Shown here: positions 1-9,517 of the stretch, in pieces
How the letters are laid out: each line of letters opens with the position of its first letter
How positions within the stretch are numbered: position 1 is the first letter of the stretch
From: an uncultured Actinomycetota bacterium
GTDB lineage: Bacteria > Actinomycetota > Actinomycetes > Propionibacteriales > Nocardioidaceae
Direction: 5' to 3'
Assembly: GCA_963746185.1 (NCBI GenBank)
Contig: CAVVAE010000003.1
Span: 11,387-75,386, forward strand
DNA: 64,000 bases
Made by a program: the position numbers and the translations under genes
Notes under the pieces: model-generated
What the model saw: only the letters and a program-made list of their open reading frames with translations
What the model was told of the DNA's origin: nothing
Databases searched by the model: none

Positions 1-225
1 CGAGACTGAACTTCTCCAGCACGCGCGCTCCGCGCCCGCATCCCCATCGCTGCTGCGGGAAGTGGGATCGCGCATCAGCGGCGCCAGTGCCGCGACCAGC
101 GCATCGGCGTCGCCGGGTGGCGTCAGCACGCCGGTGACGCCGTCCTCGACCACGAATTCGGCCGCCCCCGCCCGCGACGCCACCAAAGCCGCGCCTGATG
201 ACATCGCCTCGATCAGCGTACGGCG
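1..225 (-). pseudogene. C-terminal fragment of a GT4-like glycosyltransferase; runs off the left edge and the 5' part is absent
   Basis: Minus-strand translation from 225 downward reads RRTLIEAMSSGAALVASRAGAAEFVVEDGVTGVLTPPGDADALVAALAPLMRDP, the conserved C-terminal sugar-nucleotide block of GT-B/GT4 enzymes. An in-frame TGA at 226-228 lies directly upstream, about 30 nt from the stop of the neighbouring gene, so a normal N-terminal half cannot be encoded here. Confidence 0.45.
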
Positions 226-255
226 TCAGTTCGTGGGAGCCCGACTCTGGCGGAC

Positions 256-1734
256 TCAGCCGGCGAGGTGGAGGAACGAGCCGACCCGAGACAGTCCCCG
301 TCCGAGCCTGCTCACAGACGACGACTCGGGTGGCGCCGTATGGGGCAGCGCCGCGACCAGGTCGGCCGTCGTACTCGGTGGTGCATCGGTGAGCACGGTG
401 TAGATCGTGCTGCCGGACTGCCACACGGCCATCGTGGGCAGCCCCTCCTTCACCCAGATCGAGCCGCCGTCTGACGTGATGCGGTCGAAGCCTGGCAACG
501 CCGCGTCATCGAGCTGACCGTGCTCCTCGAACACCGAGACCGTGGAGAGTCCGTCGGAGTACGCCGCATGCATGACGTCGCGCTTGCCGTCGAGCCGGTG
601 CAGCAGGGTGAGGTGGAAATCGCTGGGCAGTGTTTGCGGACACGCCCAACCTTTGTCGGTCAACGTCGCAGCGAACTCAGTGGAGACCGGTGTCGCGGAG
701 GGGGCCTCGAACTCAGGGGGCAGGTGCGGGATGAAACCTTTGCGGGTGGTCTGCAACGACGTCAGGTCGCTCGACCTGACCAGGGCCCCACCGTCGTACA
801 GCTCGCGGCGAAGCAGCATGCCGCTGGCATCGTCGATCCAGAAATTCGCCGTGACGTCTCCGTCGCGGGACGCCGAGATCACGGTGGCTTGCCGACCGGC
901 AAGGTTGTCATGACCGACGACGGCGACATCGTAGGAGTCGATCAGCAGGTCAACCGGTTGTCCGCCGAGGCCACTGGCGCCCGAGGACTCGCGGGCGGCG
1001 ACAAAAGTCGCCGTTGGGCTATCGGGGTCGCTCGTCGCGAAGCTGGTGCCCTGACGCGGGGAGTGCTCGACCTCGAGCGTGACACTTGACTCGCCTTGCG
1101 GTCCAAACCAGCTCACTCGTCGGGTCCCGGAGTAGGCCACCCGGGCTGGGGCGGTCGCGGCTTGGTGAAGCAGGCGTACGGCGCGTCGGTCGTCGCCAGT
1201 GGCGCCGTGCGAACCTGTCGCCGTCAGGGACCTGCCGACCTGTGCAGCGAACGGCGGGCCCGACCGGCTGGAGTTGCGGGTCGTGGTCACCTTGGTCGCT
1301 ATCGCCTCGACGGCGGGGTCTGACAGTCCGGCAGCTCCGGTACTGCCCGCGAACTCCGCGGAGAACTCCTCGATCGGTGGGGCCACCTGGTGCTCCGGCT
1401 CCTGAGGTGCGCCGACCGCGTACGCGAGCGTGAGAACCGCAAGGGACACCGATCCGGCACCGACCAGGGCTCGCCGGGCGGCAACCGTGGTCCAGGGTGA
1501 GGACGTGACACCACCACTGGTGGGTGCCGGCCGGACAGCTCCCAGCGTGGCGAACAGGTCAGCGGGGGGCTCAGCGGCGGCCAGGCCGAGCAGCCGCTGT
1601 TTGAGCGCGTAAGTCTGTTCGAGCTCTTGCTGGCAAACCGCGCAAGCCCGGGCGTGGGCGATTGCTCGCTTGCGCGCCCGACCCTGGAGCTCGCCGTCGA
1701 TGAGGGCTGACACCTTGTGGTGGAGGTGGCTCAT
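256..1734 (-). CDS. Anti-sigma-E factor: zinc-finger anti-sigma N-terminus, one TM segment, large MucB/RseB-like extracytoplasmic domain
   Basis: 492-aa ORF. The N-terminus [12 protein letters not shown]...[12 protein letters not shown] fits the H-x3-C-x2-C anti-sigma motif. A hydrophobic segment ([13 protein letters not shown]) follows, and the C-terminal 300 aa look MucB/RseB-like. Its ATG (1732-1734) overlaps the sigE stop (1731-1733). Confidence 0.75.
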   Translation of the reverse strand: MSHLHHKVSALIDGELQGRARKRAIAHARACAVCQQELEQTYALKQRLLGLAAAEPPADLFATLGAVRPAPTSGGVTSSPWTTVAARRALVGAGSVSLAVLTLAYAVGAPQEPEHQVAPPIEEFSAEFAGSTGAAGLSDPAVEAIATKVTTTRNSSRSGPPFAAQVGRSLTATGSHGATGDDRRAVRLLHQAATAPARVAYSGTRRVSWFGPQGESSVTLEVEHSPRQGTSFATSDPDSPTATFVAARESSGASGLGGQPVDLLIDSYDVAVVGHDNLAGRQATVISASRDGDVTANFWIDDASGMLLRRELYDGGALVRSSDLTSLQTTRKGFIPHLPPEFEAPSATPVSTEFAATLTDKGWACPQTLPSDFHLTLLHRLDGKRDVMHAAYSDGLSTVSVFEEHGQLDDAALPGFDRITSDGGSIWVKEGLPTMAVWQSGSTIYTVLTDAPPSTTADLVAALPHTAPPESSSVSRLGRGLSRVGSFLHLAG

Positions 1735-2318
1735 CGCGTGCCCCCGACATGGCTCGGGTCGACGGCACCCCCGAATCGAGTACGTGATGCAGTGGGCGCC
1801 CGATGGGCGAGCGCTTTACGAAGCATGGAGCGGCCGCGGTGGATGCGTGAGCGCACCGTGCCGATCTTGACGTCGAGGACGGCGGCGATCTCGTCGTAGG
1901 TCAACCCCTCGACGTCGCACAGGACCACGGCGACACGGAAGTCCGGTTGCAGCTCAGCGAGGGCGACTTCGATGTCACCGTCGAACGACTGGTCGTCGAA
2001 TCCGGCCGCAGGCGAGGGCAGAAAACCTGCCAGCTTGTCGCCGACGTCGTCAGGCAGTGAGTCGAATCGGATGCGCTGGCGGCGACGGGCCTGGTCGAGG
2101 AAGAGGTTGGTGGTGATCCGGTGCAGCCAGCCTTCGAACGTGCCTGGCTGGTAGGACGACAGTGAGCGGAAGACCCGCACGAAGACCTCTTGGGTCAAGT
2201 CCTCGGCGTCGTAGCGGTTGCCGGTGAGGCGGTAGGCGAGGCGATAGACGCGTGCCGAGTGCAGCCGGACGATTTCGTCCCAGCTGGGGGGGTCCCACTC
2301 CTCGGCAGACCGGTCCAT
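1731..2318 (-). CDS. sigE: ECF RNA polymerase sigma factor SigE
   Basis: The blocks [59 protein letters not shown] and [25 protein letters not shown] are near-identical to those I recall in mycobacterial SigE. The maximal ORF extends to 2483. The ATG at 2316-2318 is preceded by GAGGAGG and is preferred. Confidence 0.9.
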   Translation of the reverse strand: MDRSAEEWDPPSWDEIVRLHSARVYRLAYRLTGNRYDAEDLTQEVFVRVFRSLSSYQPGTFEGWLHRITTNLFLDQARRRQRIRFDSLPDDVGDKLAGFLPSPAAGFDDQSFDGDIEVALAELQPDFRVAVVLCDVEGLTYDEIAAVLDVKIGTVRSRIHRGRSMLRKALAHRAPTASRTRFGGAVDPSHVGGTR

Positions 2319-2638
2319 GCCGGTGCCACCTCCTCGGCCTCGTTGCACGACGTTCGCGATGAAGACCGTGCTGGCCTGGCTGCTCGTGGCGTCCCTCCCT
2401 GAAGTTGGTGGCGCCTCGAGCTCAATCGCTTGTCCTCTAGAGTACGTGACCCGCATACCGAGCCAAGTCGCCGAAGTGTCCAACGGTCACCGGCTTACGT
2501 ATGTTCCCCCAGCCATCACTGAATGAGCTGCTTGCGTACGACGACGCGGCATGTCGGCGCCCGCACGTGTGCAGACCCGGGCACGAAACGGATAGGCTCA
2601 GGCAGCGGCGCACCACGGCCCCCTCCAGGGCCAAAACG

Positions 2639-3307
2639 GTGTTCCATCGGAGCCGGATCGAGGAGGCCACCATCGCCACGGGGTTGAAGCCTGCGTCTTG
2701 GGCGTATGCCGAAGGATTCGTCACCGAGGACGAAGTGTTGACCAATGCGCGGTCTCGGGCCGCCGAGGTCAACGCCGTCCCGATCGGCGCCGGTGGAGGC
2801 GCCGCCCTGCGACTCGTCGCTGCCCTCCTTGACGCCAAGAACGTTGTCGAGATCGGCACCGGTTGCGGCATCTCCGGAGTGTGGATGATGCGCGGGATGC
2901 GAGACGACGGCGTCCTCACGAGTGTCGACCTCGAGGCCGAGCACCAACGGATGGCCAAGCAGGCGTTCACCGAGGCAGGCATCGCGTCCCAGCGGGTGCG
3001 GCTGATCCCCGGTGCCGCGCTCGAGGTGCTCCCCCGCCTCACCGACGAGCACTACGACCTGGTCTTCTGCGACGGCGACAAGCAGGAGTATCCGCAGTAC
3101 CTCGAACAGGCTCTGCGTCTGCTCCGCCCCGGCGGCGTGGTGGCCTTCGACAACTCGCTCTGGCACGACCGGGTGGCCGACTCCTCAGTCCGCGACCCTG
3201 AGACGGTCGCGATCCGCGAGACGCTCAAGCAGGCGGCCGAGCACGAGGGGCTGCTGTCCGCCCTGCTCCCCGTCGGCGACGGCCTGCTCCTCGCCCAAAA
3301 ACGCTGA
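2639..3307 (+). CDS. Class I SAM-dependent O-methyltransferase (caffeoyl-CoA OMT-like; Rv1220c-type neighbour of sigE)
   Basis: SAM-binding motif VVEIGTGCGISGVWM, plus DLVFCDGDK and GGVVAFDNSLW. Divergent from sigE, as in mycobacteria. The ORF opens at 2501; the GTG start at 2639 was chosen by comparison with the recalled Rv1220c N-terminus and is uncertain. Confidence 0.85.
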   Translation: MFHRSRIEEATIATGLKPASWAYAEGFVTEDEVLTNARSRAAEVNAVPIGAGGGAALRLVAALLDAKNVVEIGTGCGISGVWMMRGMRDDGVLTSVDLEAEHQRMAKQAFTEAGIASQRVRLIPGAALEVLPRLTDEHYDLVFCDGDKQEYPQYLEQALRLLRPGGVVAFDNSLWHDRVADSSVRDPETVAIRETLKQAAEHEGLLSALLPVGDGLLLAQKR

Positions 3308-3318
3308 CCGTCTTGGGG

Positions 3319-3395
3319 TTTGCCTTGTTGACAAGCCAAAAGGATTGTTAACAAGGCAAATCTGCCTTGCAGACTGTGGGTTTGCCTTGCAGACT
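3319..3395. promoter_or_regulatory. AT-rich intergenic motif cluster: imperfect 15-nt inverted repeat plus a 13-nt direct repeat, four copies of TGCCTTG in total
   Basis: TTTGCCTTGTTGACA (3319-3333) pairs with TGTTAACAAGGCAAA (3346-3360) at 14 of 15 positions. TGCCTTGCAGACT occurs twice (3363-3375, 3383-3395). The cluster lies between convergent genes and is visibly lower in GC than its surroundings. Confidence 0.4.
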
Positions 3396-3454
3396 CTCGC
3401 CCTGGCCCAGTCCCGTCCTCGCTCAGACTTGCAGTGACTCACACGCGCCCTGAC

Positions 3455-4075
3455 TCAGACTCGCCCTCGCTCGGACTCTCGCGGCCGCGGTTCGTCTCCG
3501 CTGCCGGACGCTGGAACCGTGCTGGTCGGCACCCAGAACCGGAGCTTGTCCTCACGATGGTCCTCGTAAACGCCACCGGCAGCCTCGATCACCTTGCGCG
3601 AAGGTTCGTTGGTGTCGTCACAGGTCACCAGAACCGGGTCGATCCCCAGCTCGTGGCAAAACGGCAGCGCCGCGATCAGCATCGCGGTGGCGTTGCCCAT
3701 CCGGCGGGCAGACGGTCGTACGACGTACCCGATGTGACCGCCTAGCTCGAGCAGCCACGGCGTGAGCGAGTGTCTGATCGAGAGCCGACCGAGGTACTCC
3801 TCACCGTCGACCCACCAAAGCGTCGTGGACGGCACGATGCCTTCGGGCAGCCAGGTGGTCGTCAGCTCCAGCTCACGCAGCCGCCGACAAAACTCGGTGA
3901 ATGTGTCGAGGTCATGCAACGACTCGAACGGGAAGAACTCGCCCTCGAAGTCTCCGACTTGGCCGATGATCGTGAGCCCGGCGTAGCGCTCGTCCTCTTC
4001 GAGGAACCTGATCTCGCGTACGGCGTCGAGGAACGACCGCTGGTAACGCGGGTCGGGTCGCACAAGCTCGGCCAT
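3455..4075 (-). CDS. GNAT family N-acetyltransferase
   Basis: The acetyl-CoA binding block IGYVVRPSARRMGNATAML and the overall GNAT layout are present. The internal ATG at 4073-4075 (MAELVRPDPRYQRSF) is preferred, because the 127 aa upstream in the 333-aa ORF are low-complexity R/S/T-rich. Confidence 0.8.
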   Translation of the reverse strand: MAELVRPDPRYQRSFLDAVREIRFLEEDERYAGLTIIGQVGDFEGEFFPFESLHDLDTFTEFCRRLRELELTTTWLPEGIVPSTTLWWVDGEEYLGRLSIRHSLTPWLLELGGHIGYVVRPSARRMGNATAMLIAALPFCHELGIDPVLVTCDDTNEPSRKVIEAAGGVYEDHREDKLRFWVPTSTVPASGSGDEPRPRESERGRV

Positions 4076-4127
4076 GGACCCAGGGTACGGAGCGCGGCAA
4101 CAGCCAGCGACCGCAAGAGCCGAACGC

Positions 4128-5660
4128 TCAGGCTTCGACGTTGCCGATCCAGCGCAGCAGCAAGCGGGCGCCGAACCCGGTCGCACCCAGCGAGTACTCG
4201 AACGCGTCCTTCGGGGAGTCGCCAACACTCGCGATGTCGAGGTGCGCCCACGGAGTGGAGCCGGCGAAGTGCTGCAGGAACAGTGCCGCCGTGATCGACC
4301 CAGGCTGGCCGGCCATGTTGGTGGAGTCGGCGACCGCGTTATCGAGCAGCGACTCGTACTCGTCGCTGAGCGGCAGACGCCACAACGGTTCACCGGCGGC
4401 CGTCCCAGCAGCGTCCAGCTCAGCGGCGAGACTCTCGTCGTTCGCAAAGAGCGCACCGAGCGTCATCCCCAGCGCCACCTTCCCGGCGCCGGTCAGCGTG
4501 GCGATGTCGACCACTGCGCTGGCATCGATGTTGGCATCGGCATACGCGAGCGCATCGGCCAGCACGAGCCGTCCTTCTGCGTCGGTATTGCCGACTTCGC
4601 TCGTGCGCCCGCCGAAGTGCGTGACCACGTCACCAGGCCGCATCGCAGCGCCGCCGAAAGCGTTCTCCGCGGCCGCCACCAGCCCGGTCACCTTGACGCG
4701 CACTCCGAGATCTCGCAGCGCGCCCATCACCGCGATGACGACGCCAGCGCCGGTCATGTCCCGCTTCATGTTCATCATCGAGTCGCGCGGCTTGATCGAG
4801 ATTCCGCCGGAGTCGAACGTGATGCCCTTGCCGATGATCACTAGATGTGGCGTACGACGGTTGGACTTCTTCGGCTTGTAGTCCAGCCGAACGAACCGCG
4901 ACGGATAAGCCGACGCCGAACCTACGGCGATGATGCCGCCGAAGCCGTCGGCCGCCAATCGCTTGTCGTCCCACACCGTCACGTCGAGGTCGGCGGCCTT
5001 CGCAGCCTCACGCGCCCACTCCTCGAGCCGCTCGGGACTTTTCTCATTGGAGGGAGTCAGCGCGAAGGCACGCGCCCGCCAAGAGGCCTTCGCGCGGATC
5101 GTGGCGCGTTCGACCACGTCGGCACGGGACGGACCAGCCAGGTCGGTGAGTACGACGACGGGGGCGTGCGGTGGCTTGGGCTCTTCAGACTTGCGGTGAA
5201 ACCCGAAGGCGCCGAGCACGAGACCTTCGGCGAACGCTCCCAGCTGGTCATCGTCGGCGAGCGCGCCGATCGAGGCGGCAGCAGGTCCTCTGGTGCGCGC
5301 TGCCCGCGCGACTGCGGCGCCGGCCCGTCGGTAATCGCGCGAGCGCTCCTCGCCCAGTCCGACGAGCATGACCTGTTCAACGGCGCCGGCGTCAAACACC
5401 TCAAGCGAGACGACTTCGCCGGCTTCACCTTTGGCCTTCGCTCGGTCGAGCAGGGCGAACGCGTCGACGCCGAGGTTCGTCAGTGCCTGTTCGCCTCCGA
5501 GGCCGACGGTGTAGTTGTCGTCGGAGTTGGTGAACCCGATCGCGATCAGCTTCGCATCGGTGGAGGCGACGTGCGACGTACTCAGCTCGATGACGGTGGG
5601 CAGGGGCTGGCTGGCGTGGGTCGACACCCGGGAAACACTAGCGCTGCTGGTAGACGACAT
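4128..5660 (-). CDS. pepA: Leucyl aminopeptidase (M17 family)
   Basis: 510-aa ORF carrying the M17 signature NTDAEGRLVLADAL and the metal-ligand blocks VIIGKGITFDSGG and MKRDMTGAG. Confidence 0.95.
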   Translation of the reverse strand: MSSTSSASVSRVSTHASQPLPTVIELSTSHVASTDAKLIAIGFTNSDDNYTVGLGGEQALTNLGVDAFALLDRAKAKGEAGEVVSLEVFDAGAVEQVMLVGLGEERSRDYRRAGAAVARAARTRGPAAASIGALADDDQLGAFAEGLVLGAFGFHRKSEEPKPPHAPVVVLTDLAGPSRADVVERATIRAKASWRARAFALTPSNEKSPERLEEWAREAAKAADLDVTVWDDKRLAADGFGGIIAVGSASAYPSRFVRLDYKPKKSNRRTPHLVIIGKGITFDSGGISIKPRDSMMNMKRDMTGAGVVIAVMGALRDLGVRVKVTGLVAAAENAFGGAAMRPGDVVTHFGGRTSEVGNTDAEGRLVLADALAYADANIDASAVVDIATLTGAGKVALGMTLGALFANDESLAAELDAAGTAAGEPLWRLPLSDEYESLLDNAVADSTNMAGQPGSITAALFLQHFAGSTPWAHLDIASVGDSPKDAFEYSLGATGFGARLLLRWIGNVEA

Positions 5661-5722
5661 GGACCCCGGCGGTGCGTGTGCACCACCGGGGTCGGGGTCT
5701 GTGTGGGTGAGTGACGGGGCCG

Positions 5723-5890
5723 TCAGCTGGTCACCAGGCTCAGCGCCTTCTCGAGAGCCTTGGCTTCGTCAGCATTGAGCTCGACAACGAGCCGTCCGCC
5801 GCCCTCAAGCGGGACTCGCATCACCAAGCCGCGTCCCTCTTTCGTGACTTCAAGCGGACCGTCGCCCGTCCGCGGCTTCATCGCCGCCAT
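5723..5890 (-). CDS. Small conserved actinobacterial protein, DUF3117-like (55 aa)
   Basis: Hand translation gives MAAMKPRTGDGPLEVTKEGRGLVMRVPLEGGGRLVVELNADEAKALEKALSLVTS. This closely resembles the conserved actinobacterial family I recall as DUF3117. It is below the 60-aa cutoff of the supplied ORF track. Confidence 0.85.
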   Translation of the reverse strand: MAAMKPRTGDGPLEVTKEGRGLVMRVPLEGGGRLVVELNADEAKALEKALSLVTS

Positions 5891-5984
5891 GCGCACCTAC
5901 CCTTCATCGTGAGCGCCGGGAATCTACCCCTTCGCGGGTCGAGACGCCGGTGGCGCATCAGTATCTCGAACCATTATCGCACCG

Positions 5985-6863
5985 GTGCCCGATACGTGCG
6001 GCAGACTGCTCGATGTGAATGCCCGGTCGGCCCTTTTTGACGTGTACGGCGACCACCTCCGGCCGCGAGGCGGAGCCGCTCCCGTGGCTGCGCTGGTCCG
6101 CATGCTCGCGCCCCTCGACATCGCCGCACCCGCTGTGCGGACCGCGATCTCCCGCATGGTGCAGCAGCAGTGGTTGGCAGCGGTCCGGCTCGATCAGGGG
6201 CCGGGCTACCGGCTCACCCCACGGGCCGAGCGCCGTCTCACCGACGCTGCCAACCGCATCTACCGCAGCGGCATCGCGCCGTGGGACCACCACTGGCACA
6301 TCCTCGTCATCGACCGCATGCCCAAGCGGGCATCGCGCGAGCGAGTACGCACCGGGCTCGGCTATCTCGGGTATGCCGTCTTGCGTGACGACACCTGGAT
6401 CAGCCCCCGGGCGTCCGGCGAGGTCGACGCCCTGTTGGAGCACGACGGGGTCCGGGCGCAACGGTTCTGGTCAGAGCACGACGGCGACGACGCCGCGCTC
6501 GCCGCCCAGGCCTGGGACCTCGACGGCCTCGGCCGTGCCTACGCCAGATGGCTCGACGAGGCCCGCGACCTGGTCCCAACCGTCCCGAGCGGCGATCCTC
6601 CCGAGACTTCCCGTGCTGCCGGGCCTCTCGACGGGCTCAGCGACCAGGACGCGTTCGTCGTACGCAGCCGACTGGTTCACGAGTGGCGCAAATTCCTGTT
6701 CCGCGACCCTGGACTGCCCCGAGAGCTGTTGCCGGATCAGTGGCCTGGCGACGATGCCGCCGCGTTCTTCGACACCGAGGCGGCTCGCCTGCTGCCAGCG
6801 GCCGGACGGTACGTTGATGCATGTCTGCGTCCGAACGGGACCACCCGAAACGGGTCTGCCTAG
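5985..6863 (+). CDS. PaaX family transcriptional regulator
   Basis: The N-terminal winged-helix block ALFDVYGDHLRPRGG...LVRMLAPLDIAAPAVRTAISRMV and the C-terminal block LVHEWRKFLFRDPGLPRELLP are typical of PaaX_N and PaaX_C. The start could instead be the GTG at 6015. Confidence 0.8.
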   Translation: MPDTCGRLLDVNARSALFDVYGDHLRPRGGAAPVAALVRMLAPLDIAAPAVRTAISRMVQQQWLAAVRLDQGPGYRLTPRAERRLTDAANRIYRSGIAPWDHHWHILVIDRMPKRASRERVRTGLGYLGYAVLRDDTWISPRASGEVDALLEHDGVRAQRFWSEHDGDDAALAAQAWDLDGLGRAYARWLDEARDLVPTVPSGDPPETSRAAGPLDGLSDQDAFVVRSRLVHEWRKFLFRDPGLPRELLPDQWPGDDAAAFFDTEAARLLPAAGRYVDACLRPNGTTRNGSA

Positions 6864-6908
6864 TCGACGCCCCGGCCGACGGAGTCCGATGCCGAGAGGG
6901 AGTGACCG

Positions 6909-7700
6909 ATGGGTGAACCGGTGAGGTACGACGTCGCCGACCACGTCGCGACGATCACGCTCGACCGCCCCGAGTCGATGAACAGCCTCGACACCGCGAC
7001 GAAGGACGCCCTCCTTGCCGCCATCGAGCGCGCCGGGTCCGATGACGAGGTCCGCTGCGTCGTCATCACCGGGACCGGCCGAGCATTCTGCGTCGGGCAG
7101 GATCTGCGCGAGCACATCACCAACATGACGACCCAGTCGCTCGAAGAGGTGTGGGCCACAGTCGACAAGCACTACTCGCCGATCGCGATGGGGATCGCGG
7201 GCATGCCGAAGCCGGTGATCGCGGCGATCAACGGCGTCGCGGCTGGCGCCGGACTATCGATCGCGATGGCCTGCGACCTGCGGATCAGCGCCGACTCAGC
7301 CGGTTTCAACACCGCCTTCACCGGAGTTGCTCTCTCGTGTGACACCGGCGCCTCGTGGACGCTGCCGCGGCTCGTCGGTCCGACCAAAGCGATGGAGCTC
7401 ATGCTCGTGCCGCGAACGCTCGACAGCCAGGAGGCCCTCGCACTCGGGCTGCTCAACCGCGTCGTACCGGCCGACGACCTGGCGAAGGAGGCCGCCACGC
7501 TGGCAGCCGAGTTGGCCGCCGGGCCGACGCTCGCCTACGCATCCGTGAAGCAGTCGGTCGCGTACGCCGCGATACATTCACTGGAGGACTCCCTGGCCTT
7601 CGAGAGTCAGATGATGGCTCGCACCGGCGGGTCCGAAGACCACCAGAATGCTGTGAAGTCGTTCGTCGCCAAGGAAAAGCCGACATTTGAAGGTCGATGA
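6909..7700 (+). CDS. Enoyl-CoA hydratase/isomerase (crotonase) family protein
   Basis: Crotonase motifs VVITGTGRAFCVGQDL and KPVIAAINGVAAGAGLSIAMACDLRI. Confidence 0.9.
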   Translation: MGEPVRYDVADHVATITLDRPESMNSLDTATKDALLAAIERAGSDDEVRCVVITGTGRAFCVGQDLREHITNMTTQSLEEVWATVDKHYSPIAMGIAGMPKPVIAAINGVAAGAGLSIAMACDLRISADSAGFNTAFTGVALSCDTGASWTLPRLVGPTKAMELMLVPRTLDSQEALALGLLNRVVPADDLAKEAATLAAELAAGPTLAYASVKQSVAYAAIHSLEDSLAFESQMMARTGGSEDHQNAVKSFVAKEKPTFEGR

Positions 7701-7701
7701 G

Positions 7702-8550
7702 ATGAAGCAACGCACCCTTGGAACCTCCACGAAGTACGCCGCAACCACATCAGCTGTCGCTCTCGTCCTGAGTCTCGCAGCGGAGCCGACATCGGTCGGG
7801 GCACCTGCGCTGGACGATGAGGGTACGACGTCGGGGTCAACCGCGACCGCCGCGTCGGTCACGGCGAAGGCGGGTCGCTCTCTGGCCAGCAGGGTTGGAG
7901 CACCCCGGCGGGTACATCAACTCATCACGGTCAGTGCGAGCAGCTGGTCGTCGACGCATGCCACGCTCAAAGCCTGGCGCCGCGCGGCAAGCGGCCGCTG
8001 GACTCTTGCGCATCGGCCGATCTCGGTGATCGTCGGCTACAACGGCTGGGTCAAGGCTCGCGACCGTCGCCAGTCGACAGGGACGACTCCGGCAGGACGC
8101 TTCGAGCTGCCCTACGCGTTCGGGCGGTTGTCCGACCCGGGTGCTCACCTGCGCTACCGCGACTTCGACCGGAGCGAGTGGTGGCCCTATGAGCCGCGAG
8201 ACAAGGCGACGTACAACGTCTGGCAGTGGCACAAGGCGCCCCGGACGCATTGGCGCAGCGACTACTCCGAACATCTCTGGGACTACGCCGGCCAGTACGC
8301 CTATGGCCTGGTCGTCGGGTTCAACCTGCCGAAGGGCGTCCACTACTCGTCGCAGCGGCGTCAGTGGGTGGCGCGTAATACGGCCGACACTTCGCGGGGT
8401 GGGGGGATCTTCCTTCACGTGCGGGGTGATGGGCTAACGGCCGGCTGTGTCGCGATGGATCGCCGCCAGGTGCGCTGGTTGATCCGCTGGCTGCGTCCCA
8501 AGGCCAATCCGCAGGTTGTCATGGGACCCTACCGCTACATCTCGCGCTGA
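7702..8550 (+). CDS. Secreted L,D-transpeptidase (YkuD) family protein
   Basis: N-terminal signal-like segment KYAATTSAVALVLSLAA, plus the catalytic block GGGIFLHVRGDGLTAGCVAM (His...Cys of YkuD). The ATG at 7702 lies just after the upstream stop; the ORF also opens at 7687. Confidence 0.8.
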   Translation: MKQRTLGTSTKYAATTSAVALVLSLAAEPTSVGAPALDDEGTTSGSTATAASVTAKAGRSLASRVGAPRRVHQLITVSASSWSSTHATLKAWRRAASGRWTLAHRPISVIVGYNGWVKARDRRQSTGTTPAGRFELPYAFGRLSDPGAHLRYRDFDRSEWWPYEPRDKATYNVWQWHKAPRTHWRSDYSEHLWDYAGQYAYGLVVGFNLPKGVHYSSQRRQWVARNTADTSRGGGIFLHVRGDGLTAGCVAMDRRQVRWLIRWLRPKANPQVVMGPYRYISR

Positions 8551-8701
8551 TCCACGACGTCGTCGAAGGGCCTCGGTCGGTCGCTCTCGACGGGCTCTTG
8601 CGCCTGCGCTTCGCGCTTTGACGGCGCTCCGAGTCCCGCCCTCCGGCGCCCATCCGGCTCGTCCTCTCCCTGGTCGGCTAGCGCTGTTGATGGGGGTTGG
8701 G

Positions 8702-9517
8702 CTAGAAGTGGCCGCCGATGGCGCGGACGAGGCCACGAGCGGCTCGGCCCTGCAGGTAGTGCTGGCTCGGATGCGGGCCGAACTCGACGGTGACGCAAGC
8801 CCCGTCGTGCCGCCGGTTGAACCACTGCGTCAGGGTCCCGTGGCAGGCACCCGAGCAGTCGAACTCCCTGGTCGGCAGACGCAGATACCGCGCCAGCCGC
8901 TGAGCGAACGGCCGGTCCTTCGCGCCGTACACATCGATGCCGCGCAGCGGGGAGTGCATCGTCACGACGTAATCGGGATCGACCCGGTCGAGGAAGTGCT
9001 TGAGTCTGCGGGTCTCGGGCTCAGAGTTCGGCCGCGGCCCAGACTCGACCGTGCCGTTGAGCCGCTTCCATTTCACCGGGAAGTTGCGGTTGAGGTCGAC
9101 GCCATGCGCATTCTTGCGCTGATGACGCAGTACGCCGTCCACGTTGTCGCGCGGGATCGCCCACAGGTGCACGCCCTTGATCGGCCGACCGTGGATCAGC
9201 GTGCTGAGCACGATCGAGCCTTCGGTCTCATCGCCATGCATCGCCCCGATCGCGACGACAGTCTTGCTGGCGCCGCGACTGCCCAGTTCGAACGCGCGGA
9301 TCGGATGACGCTTGACCGAGTACCCGATGATGCGGCGGGAGATGACCGCGTCGGATCGAGCCTGCGCCATGGAGCCGGCCGCCGTCTGTATCGGGTCGGC
9401 CGTCTGCGCAGGGCGAGGCGATACGGCGTACAACGGTCCTGTCGCCGCTAGCCCACCGATGATCAGGGCGGTGAGCCCGACTCGGCCGAGCCGACGCAGA
9501 GCAGGTGGTGCGGTCAT
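8702..9517 (-). CDS. Secreted M14 zinc carboxypeptidase-like peptidase (murein peptide amidase / gamma-D-Glu-DAP peptidase type)
   Basis: Motifs IGAMHGDETEG, HGVDLNRNFP and EPETRRL...VVTMHSP, with a signal-like N-terminus RRLGRVGLTALIIGGLAA. The ATG at 9515-9517 overlaps the tag stop at 9514-9516 (ATGA). Confidence 0.8.
   Translation of the reverse strand: MTAPPALRRLGRVGLTALIIGGLAATGPLYAVSPRPAQTADPIQTAAGSMAQARSDAVISRRIIGYSVKRHPIRAFELGSRGASKTVVAIGAMHGDETEGSIVLSTLIHGRPIKGVHLWAIPRDNVDGVLRHQRKNAHGVDLNRNFPVKWKRLNGTVESGPRPNSEPETRRLKHFLDRVDPDYVVTMHSPLRGIDVYGAKDRPFAQRLARYLRLPTREFDCSGACHGTLTQWFNRRHDGACVTVEFGPHPSQHYLQGRAARGLVRAIGGHF

Noticed and set aside
4076-4456. Upstream extension of the GNAT ORF (333 aa).
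   Set aside because: It is R/S/T/P-rich low-complexity sequence overlapping the 3' end of pepA. The internal ATG gives a normal GNAT length.
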